Under the pieces are notes generated by a model. It searched no databases, had not been told where the DNA came from, and saw only the letters and a list, made by a program, of their open reading frames with translations. A stretch of 37,691 bases of DNA from Clostridia bacterium (GTDB lineage Bacteria > Bacillota > Clostridia > Oscillospirales > Butyricicoccaceae): the NCBI GenBank assembly GCA_017396925.1, contig JAFQKM010000036.1, positions 1-37,691 of the forward strand. Direction: 5' to 3'. The stretch's first letter is position 1; each line of letters opens with the position of its first letter. A program made the translations under genes and the position numbers. Positions 14,639 through 22,383 of the stretch are shown here, piece by piece.

Positions 14639-17446
14639 ATGTACGGTGAACATATATTTACCATTCAGGATGGTGTTCTGAAAAAATACAGTGGACCGGG
14701 CGGCGATCTGACTCTGCCCGGGCATATCCATACGATTGCCGATTCGGCCTTTGAGGGCTGCCGTACGCTGAAGGTTTTACACCTGCCGACAGGACTGCTT
14801 TCTATTGGGCGAGGAGCTTTTCGCAACTGCGCCGCTTTGCATACGGTAACCTTTGCAGACGGCCTGATATCGATCGGAGATAGTGCTTTTCAGGGCTGCG
14901 CCGGTCTGAAAGCGGTCGAGCTTCCCGACAGTGTATGCAATTTAGGCATAGAAGTCTTTCGTTACTGCCGTAATCTCAGCTGGATCATTCTGTCGGAAAG
15001 CCTCCGCGAGCTGCCGGCCGGCCTTTTCAGCAACTGTATGGCACTGGAAGAGACCACTCTTCCTGCCGGTATCCGAAAAATAGGACCACGTGTATTTGAA
15101 GAATGCCGAAAGCTTCACCGGTTGAATCTGTCCGAGCAGCTTCGTGAAATTGGCAGAAGTGCCTTTTCCGGCTGTATAGCCCTTACATCTGTATTATTGC
15201 CGGCCTGTATGCAGAAAATCGGCGTAAATGCATTTCAAAGCTGTGCCGGCTTGGCTGAAATCGGCATTCCGGGTCGCGTTCGGCGGATCAGCGAAGGGGC
15301 TTTTATGGGATGCGTACAGCTTTCGGCACTGTGTTTTAATGAAGGAACGATATCGATTGGCAGAAATGCCTTTGCCGGCTGCGGTAAACTGCGGAAGCTG
15401 GAACTGCCTGCGACCCTTGAAAAGGTATCGGCTGGGGCCTTTGCCGGCTGTTCCGATCTGGAACAGGTGATGATCCGGGGGGCTGCCGCTGCCATCAGTC
15501 CTTCGGCATTTGACCATAGTGAATCTCTTTGTCTGACTGCGCCCAATATTTCCTTTGCAAATCTTCGTGGTACCTGCCGAAAGGCGGCGCTGCGCGGCTT
15601 TGCGGCAGATTATGACAAAAAAGCAGCCGGATATACTGCAGAAGTTGCAGAAAGCTATCTGACATATATCAGACGATCGCGCAAAAGATTGTGGAAGGAT
15701 CGTGATATGCTTCGAATTCTGCTCGATCAGAAAATGATCGGCAGACAGGAGATCTTTGATTATACCGAAGAGGCATCCATGCTGGGAGATGCCGAGATCA
15801 GCGTTCAGCTGCTGGAATACCAGCACGCGCATTTTTCCATGGAGGACATTCTGGCCGAGACACAGCGTCGCCAGGAACAGGCATTCGACCGGATGCTTTT
15901 CGGCATGCCTTTGTCGGCAACCGAGATGAAAAAGATCTGGGATACCGAAAAGGCGGCCGATGGCAGCCTGATTCTCACCGGATACAGGGGAGAGGAAGAA
16001 GCTCTGTTTCTGCCCGAGAAAATCGGAAAGAAATCGGTTTCCGCTGTAAGGATGGGTGCGGGCTTTCAGGGTGCGGGCATTCAGACGATCGTGATTCCGG
16101 CCTGCATCACACAGGTGGCCTGCAATCCTTTTTTGGATGGAAGCACCCTTCAGGAGATTCTGACTGCCGAAGATCATCCGGTTTATCGATCTGCAGACGG
16201 AATGCTTTTCTCACAGGACGGAAAAATGCTGCTGCGATGTCCCAGAGGAATAGGCGGTGAAATCGTTCTGCCGTCTGAAACCGAGGAAATCGGCCCGGAA
16301 GCATTCAAGGATTGTGCCAACATCCAAAGCATCCGGCTTCCCGAGGGTATGCGCCGCATTGGTGCGGGTGCTTTTCGGGGATGTGCAGGCCTGAAAGAAA
16401 TGAACTTACCTGCGCAGCTCACAGAGATTCCGGCCGGACTGTTTCAGGGCTGCTCGGGCTTAGAGAAGGTTACATTGCCCGAAGGCTTGACCTCCATTGG
16501 GGTCGGTGCCTTTGGCCGATGCAGTGCTTTGCGGCAGATTGTTCTGCCGGAAGGCCTTACAGAACTGCAGCATGGTGCTTTTCTTGGCTGTGCGATGCTG
16601 GAAGAAATCACGGTGCCGAAAGGGGTAAAAACGCTGAGCGGTACCTTCGAAGGATGCAGTGCTCTTCGGCGCATTGTTCTGCCGGAGAAATTGGAAGATC
16701 TGGGAAGTTATACCTTTCAGAATTGCCGCACGCTGGAAAATGTAGCTGTTCCGGCGGATGTACAGCAGATCGGTATGATGACCTTTGCAGGCTGCCATAT
16801 GCTGCAGACGGTCGAGCTTGGAGAAGGTTTACGGGAGATTGGCCGTTCGGCCTTTGAGGACTGCCGCAATCTGCAGACGGTTCATTTACCCAAGCGTCTG
16901 ACCACCATTGGAGATGCGGCCTTTAAAGGCTGCGTGCGTCTGACCGATATGCAGGCTTCCGAACGATTAACCAGTATCGGCAGTTCGGTCTTTGAAGGGT
17001 GTGCATCTTTGCGCGATCTGCTGCTGTATGCAGGTATGCGTGAAATCGGTAATGCGGCCTTTAAAGGCTGTACCGGCCTGCAGAAATCGATCATACCAAA
17101 AGAAATGCGCATGATTGGTGAAAGTGCCTTTGAAGGCTGTACCGGTCTGGGTGAACTGACCATTCCCCGAAACATCGCCGTAGTTGGCCGCGCAGCCTTC
17201 CGCGGCTGCACGAGCCTGGAATCGGTCATCATCGAGTATGGTGTGAAAAAGCTCGATTGGAGCACCTTTGAAAATTGTGTGCGCCTGCGTTATATCGAAG
17301 TGCCGAGAACGGTCTGGTTTATCGGCGCCAGTGCATTTCGCGGCTGCCCGGAGATCGTTCTGCATGGCATTGCCGGCAGCTTTGCCGAAACCTTTGCCGG
17401 AATCCAGCAGGTGGCTTTTGTGCCTGATCTGCAGCAGAAAACATAA
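14639..17446 (+). CDS. BspA-type leucine-rich-repeat (LRR_5) protein, two repeat modules, no signal peptide
   Basis: 935 aa with RBS AGGAGGG. Dozens of 23-aa units of the form LxxIxLPxxLxxIGxxAFxxCxx are present. The N-terminus MYGEHIFTIQDGVLKKYSG is not hydrophobic. I saw no LPXTG or other anchor. Confidence 0.9.
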   Translation: MYGEHIFTIQDGVLKKYSGPGGDLTLPGHIHTIADSAFEGCRTLKVLHLPTGLLSIGRGAFRNCAALHTVTFADGLISIGDSAFQGCAGLKAVELPDSVCNLGIEVFRYCRNLSWIILSESLRELPAGLFSNCMALEETTLPAGIRKIGPRVFEECRKLHRLNLSEQLREIGRSAFSGCIALTSVLLPACMQKIGVNAFQSCAGLAEIGIPGRVRRISEGAFMGCVQLSALCFNEGTISIGRNAFAGCGKLRKLELPATLEKVSAGAFAGCSDLEQVMIRGAAAAISPSAFDHSESLCLTAPNISFANLRGTCRKAALRGFAADYDKKAAGYTAEVAESYLTYIRRSRKRLWKDRDMLRILLDQKMIGRQEIFDYTEEASMLGDAEISVQLLEYQHAHFSMEDILAETQRRQEQAFDRMLFGMPLSATEMKKIWDTEKAADGSLILTGYRGEEEALFLPEKIGKKSVSAVRMGAGFQGAGIQTIVIPACITQVACNPFLDGSTLQEILTAEDHPVYRSADGMLFSQDGKMLLRCPRGIGGEIVLPSETEEIGPEAFKDCANIQSIRLPEGMRRIGAGAFRGCAGLKEMNLPAQLTEIPAGLFQGCSGLEKVTLPEGLTSIGVGAFGRCSALRQIVLPEGLTELQHGAFLGCAMLEEITVPKGVKTLSGTFEGCSALRRIVLPEKLEDLGSYTFQNCRTLENVAVPADVQQIGMMTFAGCHMLQTVELGEGLREIGRSAFEDCRNLQTVHLPKRLTTIGDAAFKGCVRLTDMQASERLTSIGSSVFEGCASLRDLLLYAGMREIGNAAFKGCTGLQKSIIPKEMRMIGESAFEGCTGLGELTIPRNIAVVGRAAFRGCTSLESVIIEYGVKKLDWSTFENCVRLRYIEVPRTVWFIGASAFRGCPEIVLHGIAGSFAETFAGIQQVAFVPDLQQKT
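14711..15523 (+). repeat. N-terminal block of roughly 11-12 coding LRR_5 repeats (69-nt period)
   Basis: Consecutive units such as LKVLHLPTGLLSIGRGAFRNCAA / LHTVTFADGLISIGDSAFQGCAG / LKAVELPDSVCNLGIEVFRYCRN ... Confidence 0.8.
16001..17353 (+). repeat. C-terminal block of roughly 17-19 coding LRR_5 repeats (69-nt period)
   Basis: Units such as IQSIRLPEGMRRIGAGAFRGCAG / LKEMNLPAQLTEIPAGLFQGCSG ... At the DNA level the near-identical 24-mers GCCTTT(A/G)AAGGCTGTACCGG(C/T)CTG at 17057-17080 and 17126-17149 lie exactly 69 nt apart. Confidence 0.85.
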
Positions 17447-17483
17447 AAAAAGGCCCTGTTCCGGTTGGAGCAGGGCTGTTTGT
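17445..17483. terminator. bidirectional intrinsic terminator (LRR gene / deacetylase gene converge)
   Basis: A6 precedes the stem GCCCTGTTCC (17453-17462), the loop GGTT and the stem GGAGCAGGGC (17467-17476), which includes one G-U pair. TGTTTGTT follows. Confidence 0.7.
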
Positions 17484-18260
17484 TCAGGATGCATCCGAGG
17501 GGGCGCAGGGGATCTGCCGGCCGGTATGATCCAGTTCATAGTTTTCCCGATAGATCAGTTCTGAGATCGGTACGAAAGAATAGCCTTCCCGGATCAATCC
17601 CTCAATCACAGAAGGCAGTGCCTGCGGTGTATATTTAGCAGCGTTGTGAAACAGGACGATCGAGCCGGGCTGTACCTTTCCCAGTACGCGATCGATGATG
17701 TCCTGTGTACCGCTTTCTTTCCAGTCCAGACTGTCGACATCCCATTGGATGGGGTAATGGCCCATCGAGCGCAGCGTATTGATGACCTGATCGTTATAAT
17801 CGCCATAGGGCGGACGGAACAGGAAAGGACGCACACCGGTCACGGCTTCGATCTTATCGTCGCAGGCCGATACATTTTCGATGATCTGCTGTTCGGTCAG
17901 TTCGGTCATATGAGGATGGTTATCGGAATGATTATGTACTTCATGGCCGGCATCATGCAGGGCTTTGACCGACTCGGGGTATTTATCGACCCATTCGCCC
18001 ACAACGAAGAAGGTGGCACGGATACTATATTTGCCCAGAATGTCGATGAGCTGCTGGGTGTCTTCATTGCCCCAGGCGGCATCAAAGGAGAGGGAACAGA
18101 CCTTGCTGTCTTTTTCCACGCAGTAAATAGGCAGCTGACGTGTGGCGCTGGCCGTCAGAACAGCCTGGCCGCTTTGGGTAGTATAAAAAATGGCGACGGT
18201 CAGAATGAAGAGGACCGCCGACAGCAGCCATCGCCTGTGCTTGCTCCAGAAATCAATCAT
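17484..18260 (-). CDS. polysaccharide deacetylase (NodB homology domain; PdaB-like), N-terminal membrane anchor
   Basis: 258 aa. It has a TM helix WLLSAVLFILTVAIFY and the NodB motifs SFDAAWG, HEVHNHSDNHPH and RPPYG. Confidence 0.85.
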   Translation of the reverse strand: MIDFWSKHRRWLLSAVLFILTVAIFYTTQSGQAVLTASATRQLPIYCVEKDSKVCSLSFDAAWGNEDTQQLIDILGKYSIRATFFVVGEWVDKYPESVKALHDAGHEVHNHSDNHPHMTELTEQQIIENVSACDDKIEAVTGVRPFLFRPPYGDYNDQVINTLRSMGHYPIQWDVDSLDWKESGTQDIIDRVLGKVQPGSIVLFHNAAKYTPQALPSVIEGLIREGYSFVPISELIYRENYELDHTGRQIPCAPSDAS

Positions 18261-18442
18261 AAGAATACCTCCAAATAGCTTTGCTTTATAGATATGTTTC
18301 GAGCAAACAGAAAAGACTTATAGAAAAAGTTTTGGAAGAAAAGGGAAATACACAAAACTGTTTTGAGCAATCTGTACAGAAAACAGAAAAGTTTTCATCT
18401 AAAATACTAAAGTCCTACAGAGGTGTCTTTACACATTTTTGG

Positions 18443-18471
18443 TTGAGTATTGAAAAAAGTTGTGATAAAAT
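18443..18471 (+). promoter_or_regulatory. candidate guaB promoter with extended -10
   Basis: TTGAGT (18443-18448), a 17-nt spacer, then TGaTAAAAT with the -10 at 18466-18471. It lies about 90 nt upstream of the guaB ATG. Confidence 0.5.
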
Positions 18472-18562
18472 ATTATAAATATAAGTGCCGGCATATTTCG
18501 TATATGCTGCAGATCCCATATCAGACAATCAATTATTAATAAAAACAGGAGGACGAACTGTC

Positions 18563-20062
18563 ATGGCCATTTTTATCAATGAACCTTCGCATACCTTTAA
18601 CGAGTATCTGCTGATCCCCGGTTATTCTTCCAGCGAACATATTCCTGCCAACGTCAAGCTCAACACCCCCCTTGTCAAGTACAAGAAGGGCGAGAAGCCT
18701 GCCATCGAGATGAAGATCCCCATGGTTTCGGCCATCATGCAGTCGGTCTCCGGCGATCGTCTGGCTGTAGCTCTGGCTCGCAGCGGCGGCGTTTCCTTCA
18801 TCTATGGCTCTCAGTCCATCGAAGATGAAGCTGCCATGGTCGCAAAGGTTAAGGCCTACAAGGCTGGTTTCGTCCCCAGCGATACAAATGTCTGCCCCGA
18901 GGCTACTCTGGCTGACGTTCTCAAGATCAAGAGAGAGACCGGCCATTCCACCATTGCTGTCACACATGACGGCTCGGCCAACGGCAAGCTGCTGGGTATG
19001 ATCACAAGCCGTGACTACCGTGTCAGCCGTATGGAGATGGACACAAAGGTCACCGAGTTTATGACTCCTCTGGACAAGCTGGTCGTCGCCAAGGAAGGCG
19101 TTACTCTGAGCGAAGCCAACAACATCATCTGGGATAACAAGCTGAATGCATTGCCCGTCATTTCCAACGAAGGCAATATGCTTTATTTCGTTTTCCGCAA
19201 GGACTATGAAGAGCACAAGGAAAACCCCAATGAACTGCTCGACGAGCACAAGCGTTATATCGTTGGTGCCGGCGTTAATACAAGAGACTACGAGAAGAGA
19301 ATCCCCGCTCTGCTGGAAGCCGGCGCCGATGTTCTGTGCATCGACTCCTCCGAAGGCTTCTCCGAGTGGCAGCAGAGAACCATCGCCTGGGTTCGTGAGA
19401 ACTACGGCGACACCGTAAAGATCGGTGCCGGTAATGTTGTTGACAAGGAAGGCTTCCTGTTCTTGGCCGAGTGCGGCGCTGACTTTATCAAGGTCGGTAT
19501 CGGCGGCGGTTCGATCTGTATCACACGCGAGACCAAGGGCATCGGCCGTGGTCAGGCTACTGCTCTGATCGAGGTCTGCCAGGCCAGAGACGAGTTTTTT
19601 GAAAAGACCGGTGTTTATATTCCTGTCTGTTCTGACGGCGGTATCGTTTTCGACCACCACATCACACTGGCTATGGCTATGGGCGCCGACTTTGTCATGC
19701 TGGGCAGATACTTTGCCCGTTTCGACGAGTCTCCCACAGAAAAGCTGATGATCAACGGCTCCTATGTCAAGGAGTACTGGGGCGAAGGTTCCAACAGAGC
19801 CCGCAACTGGATGCGTTACGACCTGGGCGGCGACAAGAAGCTCTCCTTCGAGGAAGGTGTCGACTCCTACGTTCCTTACGCAGGTCCTCTGAAGGACAAT
19901 GTCGAAAAGACACTGAGCAAGGTCAGATCGACCATGTGCAACTGCGGCGCACTGACTCTGCCCGAGCTGCGTGAGAAGGCCAAGCTGACTCTGGTCTCCT
20001 CCACATCGATCGTCGAGGGCGGCGCACACGACGTTGTTGTCAAGGCTTCCCGCGAGGTCTAA
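18563..20062 (+). CDS. guaB: IMP dehydrogenase
   Basis: The track ORF starts at 18485. I prefer the ATG at 18563 ([20 protein letters not shown]), preceded by ACAGGAGGA. It has a CBS pair insert and the catalytic loop [12 protein letters not shown]. Confidence 0.93.
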   Translation: MAIFINEPSHTFNEYLLIPGYSSSEHIPANVKLNTPLVKYKKGEKPAIEMKIPMVSAIMQSVSGDRLAVALARSGGVSFIYGSQSIEDEAAMVAKVKAYKAGFVPSDTNVCPEATLADVLKIKRETGHSTIAVTHDGSANGKLLGMITSRDYRVSRMEMDTKVTEFMTPLDKLVVAKEGVTLSEANNIIWDNKLNALPVISNEGNMLYFVFRKDYEEHKENPNELLDEHKRYIVGAGVNTRDYEKRIPALLEAGADVLCIDSSEGFSEWQQRTIAWVRENYGDTVKIGAGNVVDKEGFLFLAECGADFIKVGIGGGSICITRETKGIGRGQATALIEVCQARDEFFEKTGVYIPVCSDGGIVFDHHITLAMAMGADFVMLGRYFARFDESPTEKLMINGSYVKEYWGEGSNRARNWMRYDLGGDKKLSFEEGVDSYVPYAGPLKDNVEKTLSKVRSTMCNCGALTLPELREKAKLTLVSSTSIVEGGAHDVVVKASREV

Positions 20063-20094
20063 TTCGGATTTTAAACCAGGCATTGCCTGAAACC

Positions 20095-20125
20095 AAAGCC
20101 GCAGGGTTTTTCCTGCGGCTTTTTA
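20095..20125 (+). terminator. intrinsic terminator after guaB
   Basis: AAAGCCGCAGG (20095-20105), the loop GTTTTT, then CCTGCGGCTTT (20112-20122) followed by a T-run. Confidence 0.85.
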
Positions 20126-20126
20126 T

Positions 20127-20714
20127 ATGCGATACAGAAAGCTGGAATATTCCATGAAAGAGAAAACATTTGTCCGCGAGATGGATGGGTATACCGTATA
20201 TCGAATGGATGAGATCGTCTGTTTGGATGACTATTTGAAGGATTGTGTCGACGTGCCGAAGTTCGAGGCGCTTTGCCGCAGCTGCCCAAACTACGGTCAG
20301 CGATGGTCCTGCCCGCCTTTTGCTTTTGATCCGATGGAGATCTGGCAGAAATACAGCCGCCTTCATCTGGTAACACATATCTTTGAACCCGGGATAGGGC
20401 AGACGGTGCAGGGGATGCTGGAGGCCCATAGAATCGAAAAAGAAAAGATGCTCGAGCTGCTGATGGAGATGGAAGCAGAACAGGCAGGCAGTATGGCCCT
20501 GTGGGCCGGCACTTGTGATCTGTGCCCGGCCTGTGCCAAAGCAGAGGGAAAGCCATGCCGTATGCCGGATAAAATGCGGCATTCCATTGAAGCTCTTGGC
20601 GGCGACGTGGGAAAAACGGCCGAACTGTATTTTGGTTATCCGATCCTCTGGATCGAAGGGGATAAGGTCCCGGCCTATATGACGCTGATGGGCGGTATAC
20701 TTTACAATGAATGA
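20127..20714 (+). CDS. DUF2284 family predicted metal-binding protein
   Basis: 195 aa, with an alternative start MKEKTF at 20154. Cys-rich signatures are CRSCPNYGQRWSCPP and CDLCPACAKAEGKPC. The RBS is weak for either start. Confidence 0.65.
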   Translation: MRYRKLEYSMKEKTFVREMDGYTVYRMDEIVCLDDYLKDCVDVPKFEALCRSCPNYGQRWSCPPFAFDPMEIWQKYSRLHLVTHIFEPGIGQTVQGMLEAHRIEKEKMLELLMEMEAEQAGSMALWAGTCDLCPACAKAEGKPCRMPDKMRHSIEALGGDVGKTAELYFGYPILWIEGDKVPAYMTLMGGILYNE

Positions 20715-20718
20715 TCAG

Positions 20719-20749
20719 AAAAGCGATGCTGAAGAAAGCATCGCTTTTT
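20719..20749 (+). terminator. intrinsic terminator after the DUF2284 gene
   Basis: AAAAGCGATGC (20719-20729), the loop TGAAGAAA, then GCATCGCTTTT (20738-20748). Confidence 0.8.
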
Positions 20750-20752
20750 CTA

Positions 20753-20781
20753 TTGACAATTATATCGGGAGCCGATATAAT
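20753..20781 (+). promoter_or_regulatory. consensus sigma-70 promoter of the padR-DUF2812 operon
   Basis: Perfect TTGACA (20753-20758), a 17-nt spacer, then perfect TATAAT (20776-20781). Confidence 0.8.
20761..20779. promoter_or_regulatory. operator O1: perfect palindrome TATATCGG-N3-CCGATATA overlapping the spacer and -10
   Basis: TATATCGG (20761-20768), GAG, then CCGATATA (20772-20779). The two arms are exact reverse complements. Confidence 0.7.
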
Positions 20782-20791
20782 GAAAGTACGA

Positions 20792-20810
20792 TATATCGGG
20801 TTCCGATATA
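20792..20810. promoter_or_regulatory. operator O2: second copy of the same palindrome between the TSS and the RBS
   Basis: TATATCGG (20792-20799), GTT, then CCGATATA (20803-20810). Its centre is 31 bp from the O1 centre. The RBS AAGGAGG follows immediately. Confidence 0.7.
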
Positions 20811-20824
20811 AAGGAGGTCTATAT

Positions 20825-21142
20825 ATGAATGAGAATATTGTCCTGACCGAATCGACTTATTATATATTGCTTTCGCTTTATAGACCGCAGCATGGATATG
20901 GCATCATGCAGCAGGCCGATCAGCTGTCGGACGGACGTGTTCGGTTGGCGGCAGGCACGCTTTATGGCGCCTTGAATGCACTTTGCGAGAAGGGCTGGAT
21001 CGTACCGCTGCCCGTAGATAAAGAAAGTCGGAAAAAGGAATATAAGCTGACCGAGAAGGGACTGCAGGTTCTGAAAAATGAACTGGAACGTCTGCGTCAG
21101 CTGGTTAAGAATGGGGAAGAGATCCTGAAGGAGGAAAGGTAA
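20825..21142 (+). CDS. PadR-family transcriptional regulator
   Basis: The track ORF starts at 20711, but that extension spans the terminator and promoter. The ATG at 20825 follows AAAGGAGG. The winged-helix signature is YYILLSLYRPQHGYGIMQQ...GTLYGALNALCEKGWI with a C-terminal coiled-coil helix. Confidence 0.87.
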   Translation: MNENIVLTESTYYILLSLYRPQHGYGIMQQADQLSDGRVRLAAGTLYGALNALCEKGWIVPLPVDKESRKKEYKLTEKGLQVLKNELERLRQLVKNGEEILKEER

Positions 21143-21652
21143 ATGGAAGAACGCAAAGTTATTCGCAAATGGATCTGGGTCTGGGATTTTGAAAAGGAAG
21201 AGCGTTGGCTCAATGAAATGGCGCAGTCGGGTTGGGTATTGGATAAGATCGGTTATTGCCGCTTTGAGTTCAAGCGCTGTGAACCCGGTGAATATGTTGT
21301 TCGTTTGGAGCTGCATCCCGAAAACGACGGATATGTCGAGTTTATGCAGGAGACAGGCGCCGAGTATATCGGCAATATGCTGCAATGGAAGTATTTCCGC
21401 AAAAAAGCCGAGGAAGGCAGCTTTGATATTTTCTCCGATATCGATTCCCGCATCGGCCATCTGAACAAGATCGGCAAGATGCTTTCGGGTATTGGCACAG
21501 CCAATCTGGTCATTGGTCTGGCCAATTCCATCAATCCTGAAGTTCATATGGGATGGATCAATCTGCTGTGTGCCACCTTGCTGATGTATGGCCTTGGCCG
21601 TATTCATGGTAAAAAAGAAGCACTGGAAAAAGAGCGGCTTCTGCATGAATAA
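21143..21652 (+). CDS. DUF2812 family membrane protein (usual PadR partner)
   Basis: 169 aa. The ATG abuts the padR stop. It has FEKEERWLNEMAQSGWVLDKIGYCRFEF plus two C-terminal hydrophobic helices. Confidence 0.7.
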   Translation: MEERKVIRKWIWVWDFEKEERWLNEMAQSGWVLDKIGYCRFEFKRCEPGEYVVRLELHPENDGYVEFMQETGAEYIGNMLQWKYFRKKAEEGSFDIFSDIDSRIGHLNKIGKMLSGIGTANLVIGLANSINPEVHMGWINLLCATLLMYGLGRIHGKKEALEKERLLHE

Positions 21653-21655
21653 AAG

Positions 21656-21682
21656 AAAGCCCTCCCGCTCGGGAGGGCTTTT
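21656..21682. terminator. bidirectional intrinsic terminator
   Basis: AAAGCCCTCCC (21656-21666), the loop GCTC, then GGGAGGGCTTT (21671-21681). Confidence 0.88.
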
Positions 21683-21690
21683 AACTTGGA

Positions 21691-22380
21691 TTATGTATTC
21701 TTCAGCTTCTTGAGAAGCACTTGGGTTTGATCTGCATCCATACCCATGGCCTGCAGATAGTCAGCCGGATCGGAATAGATGCGGGAAAATGAATCATAAA
21801 ACTCTTCGATATAGGAGATGTCTGCCTTGGTCAGGAAGTAGGGGAAGTCGGGATTGGATTTCAGCATCTTTCTGTAGGGCTCCAACACATAAGCCTGTGT
21901 GGCAATGTAGTCGGCAAGAATATCGGCTTTTTCCACACCGGCCATCCAGAGCAGCAGGGAGGCAACGACGGCCGTGCGGTCCTTGCCGGCTGTGCAGTGA
22001 AAAAGCACACCGCCCGGGGCAGCGGCAATGGTTTCCCATACAGGAGCAATGATCTCGGGTGTAGTTGCCAATCGGAGATAGGCAGGGGCCATTTCTTCCG
22101 AAGACATGGGAAGCACACCGTCGGCAAACATGGGACAGTTGTGGTAATCAAAGGCGGGCAGCAGGGAAAAGGGATCTTCGTGATGGGCGCATTCAAAAAT
22201 GTTGCGCAGATCGATAACCGTTGTGATTCTGTTGCTCAGCAGAAAATCGATGTCCTTTTCGGTCAGTTCTCTGGGCATACCGGAACGAAGGAATGTAAGA
22301 TGCTTTGTAAAACCTCCGGGGCAGGGATAACCGCCAAGATCACGGACGTTATTCGTATTGCCGAGGGGGATACGCTTCAT
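21691..22380 (-). CDS. protein-tyrosine phosphatase (Y_phosphatase3-like)
   Basis: 229 aa. The CX5R P-loop is HCTAGKDRT, and NVRDLGG lies near the N-terminus. Confidence 0.8.
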   Translation of the reverse strand: MKRIPLGNTNNVRDLGGYPCPGGFTKHLTFLRSGMPRELTEKDIDFLLSNRITTVIDLRNIFECAHHEDPFSLLPAFDYHNCPMFADGVLPMSSEEMAPAYLRLATTPEIIAPVWETIAAAPGGVLFHCTAGKDRTAVVASLLLWMAGVEKADILADYIATQAYVLEPYRKMLKSNPDFPYFLTKADISYIEEFYDSFSRIYSDPADYLQAMGMDADQTQVLLKKLKNT

Positions 22381-22383
22381 GAT

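Noticed and set aside
13058-14731. 557-aa minus-strand ORF
   Set aside because: It is antisense to the MoxR-like ATPase, whose Walker A/B motifs fix the sense strand.
15194-17539. ORFs inside or opposite the LRR gene (15194-16177 -, 16312-16857 +, 16967-17539 -, and others)
   Set aside because: They are out of frame with or antisense to a continuous 935-aa LRR reading frame with a clear 23-aa repeat. They are repeat-induced open frames.
18281-18478. 65-aa + ORF (TTG start) in the guaB upstream region
   Set aside because: It has a non-ATG start without an RBS and lies in the AT-rich intergenic region. It overlaps the predicted guaB promoter, and its Lys-rich composition simply reflects the AT-rich DNA.
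18485-18562. N-terminal extensions offered by the track for guaB (18485), padR (20711), frr (30766), pdxK (23315) and DUF3343 (2544)
   Set aside because: In each case an internal ATG with a strong GGAGG-type RBS yields the family-typical N-terminus. The extensions also run through terminators, promoters or AT-rich non-coding DNA.
18536-20083. 515-aa minus-strand ORF
   Set aside because: It is antisense to guaB.
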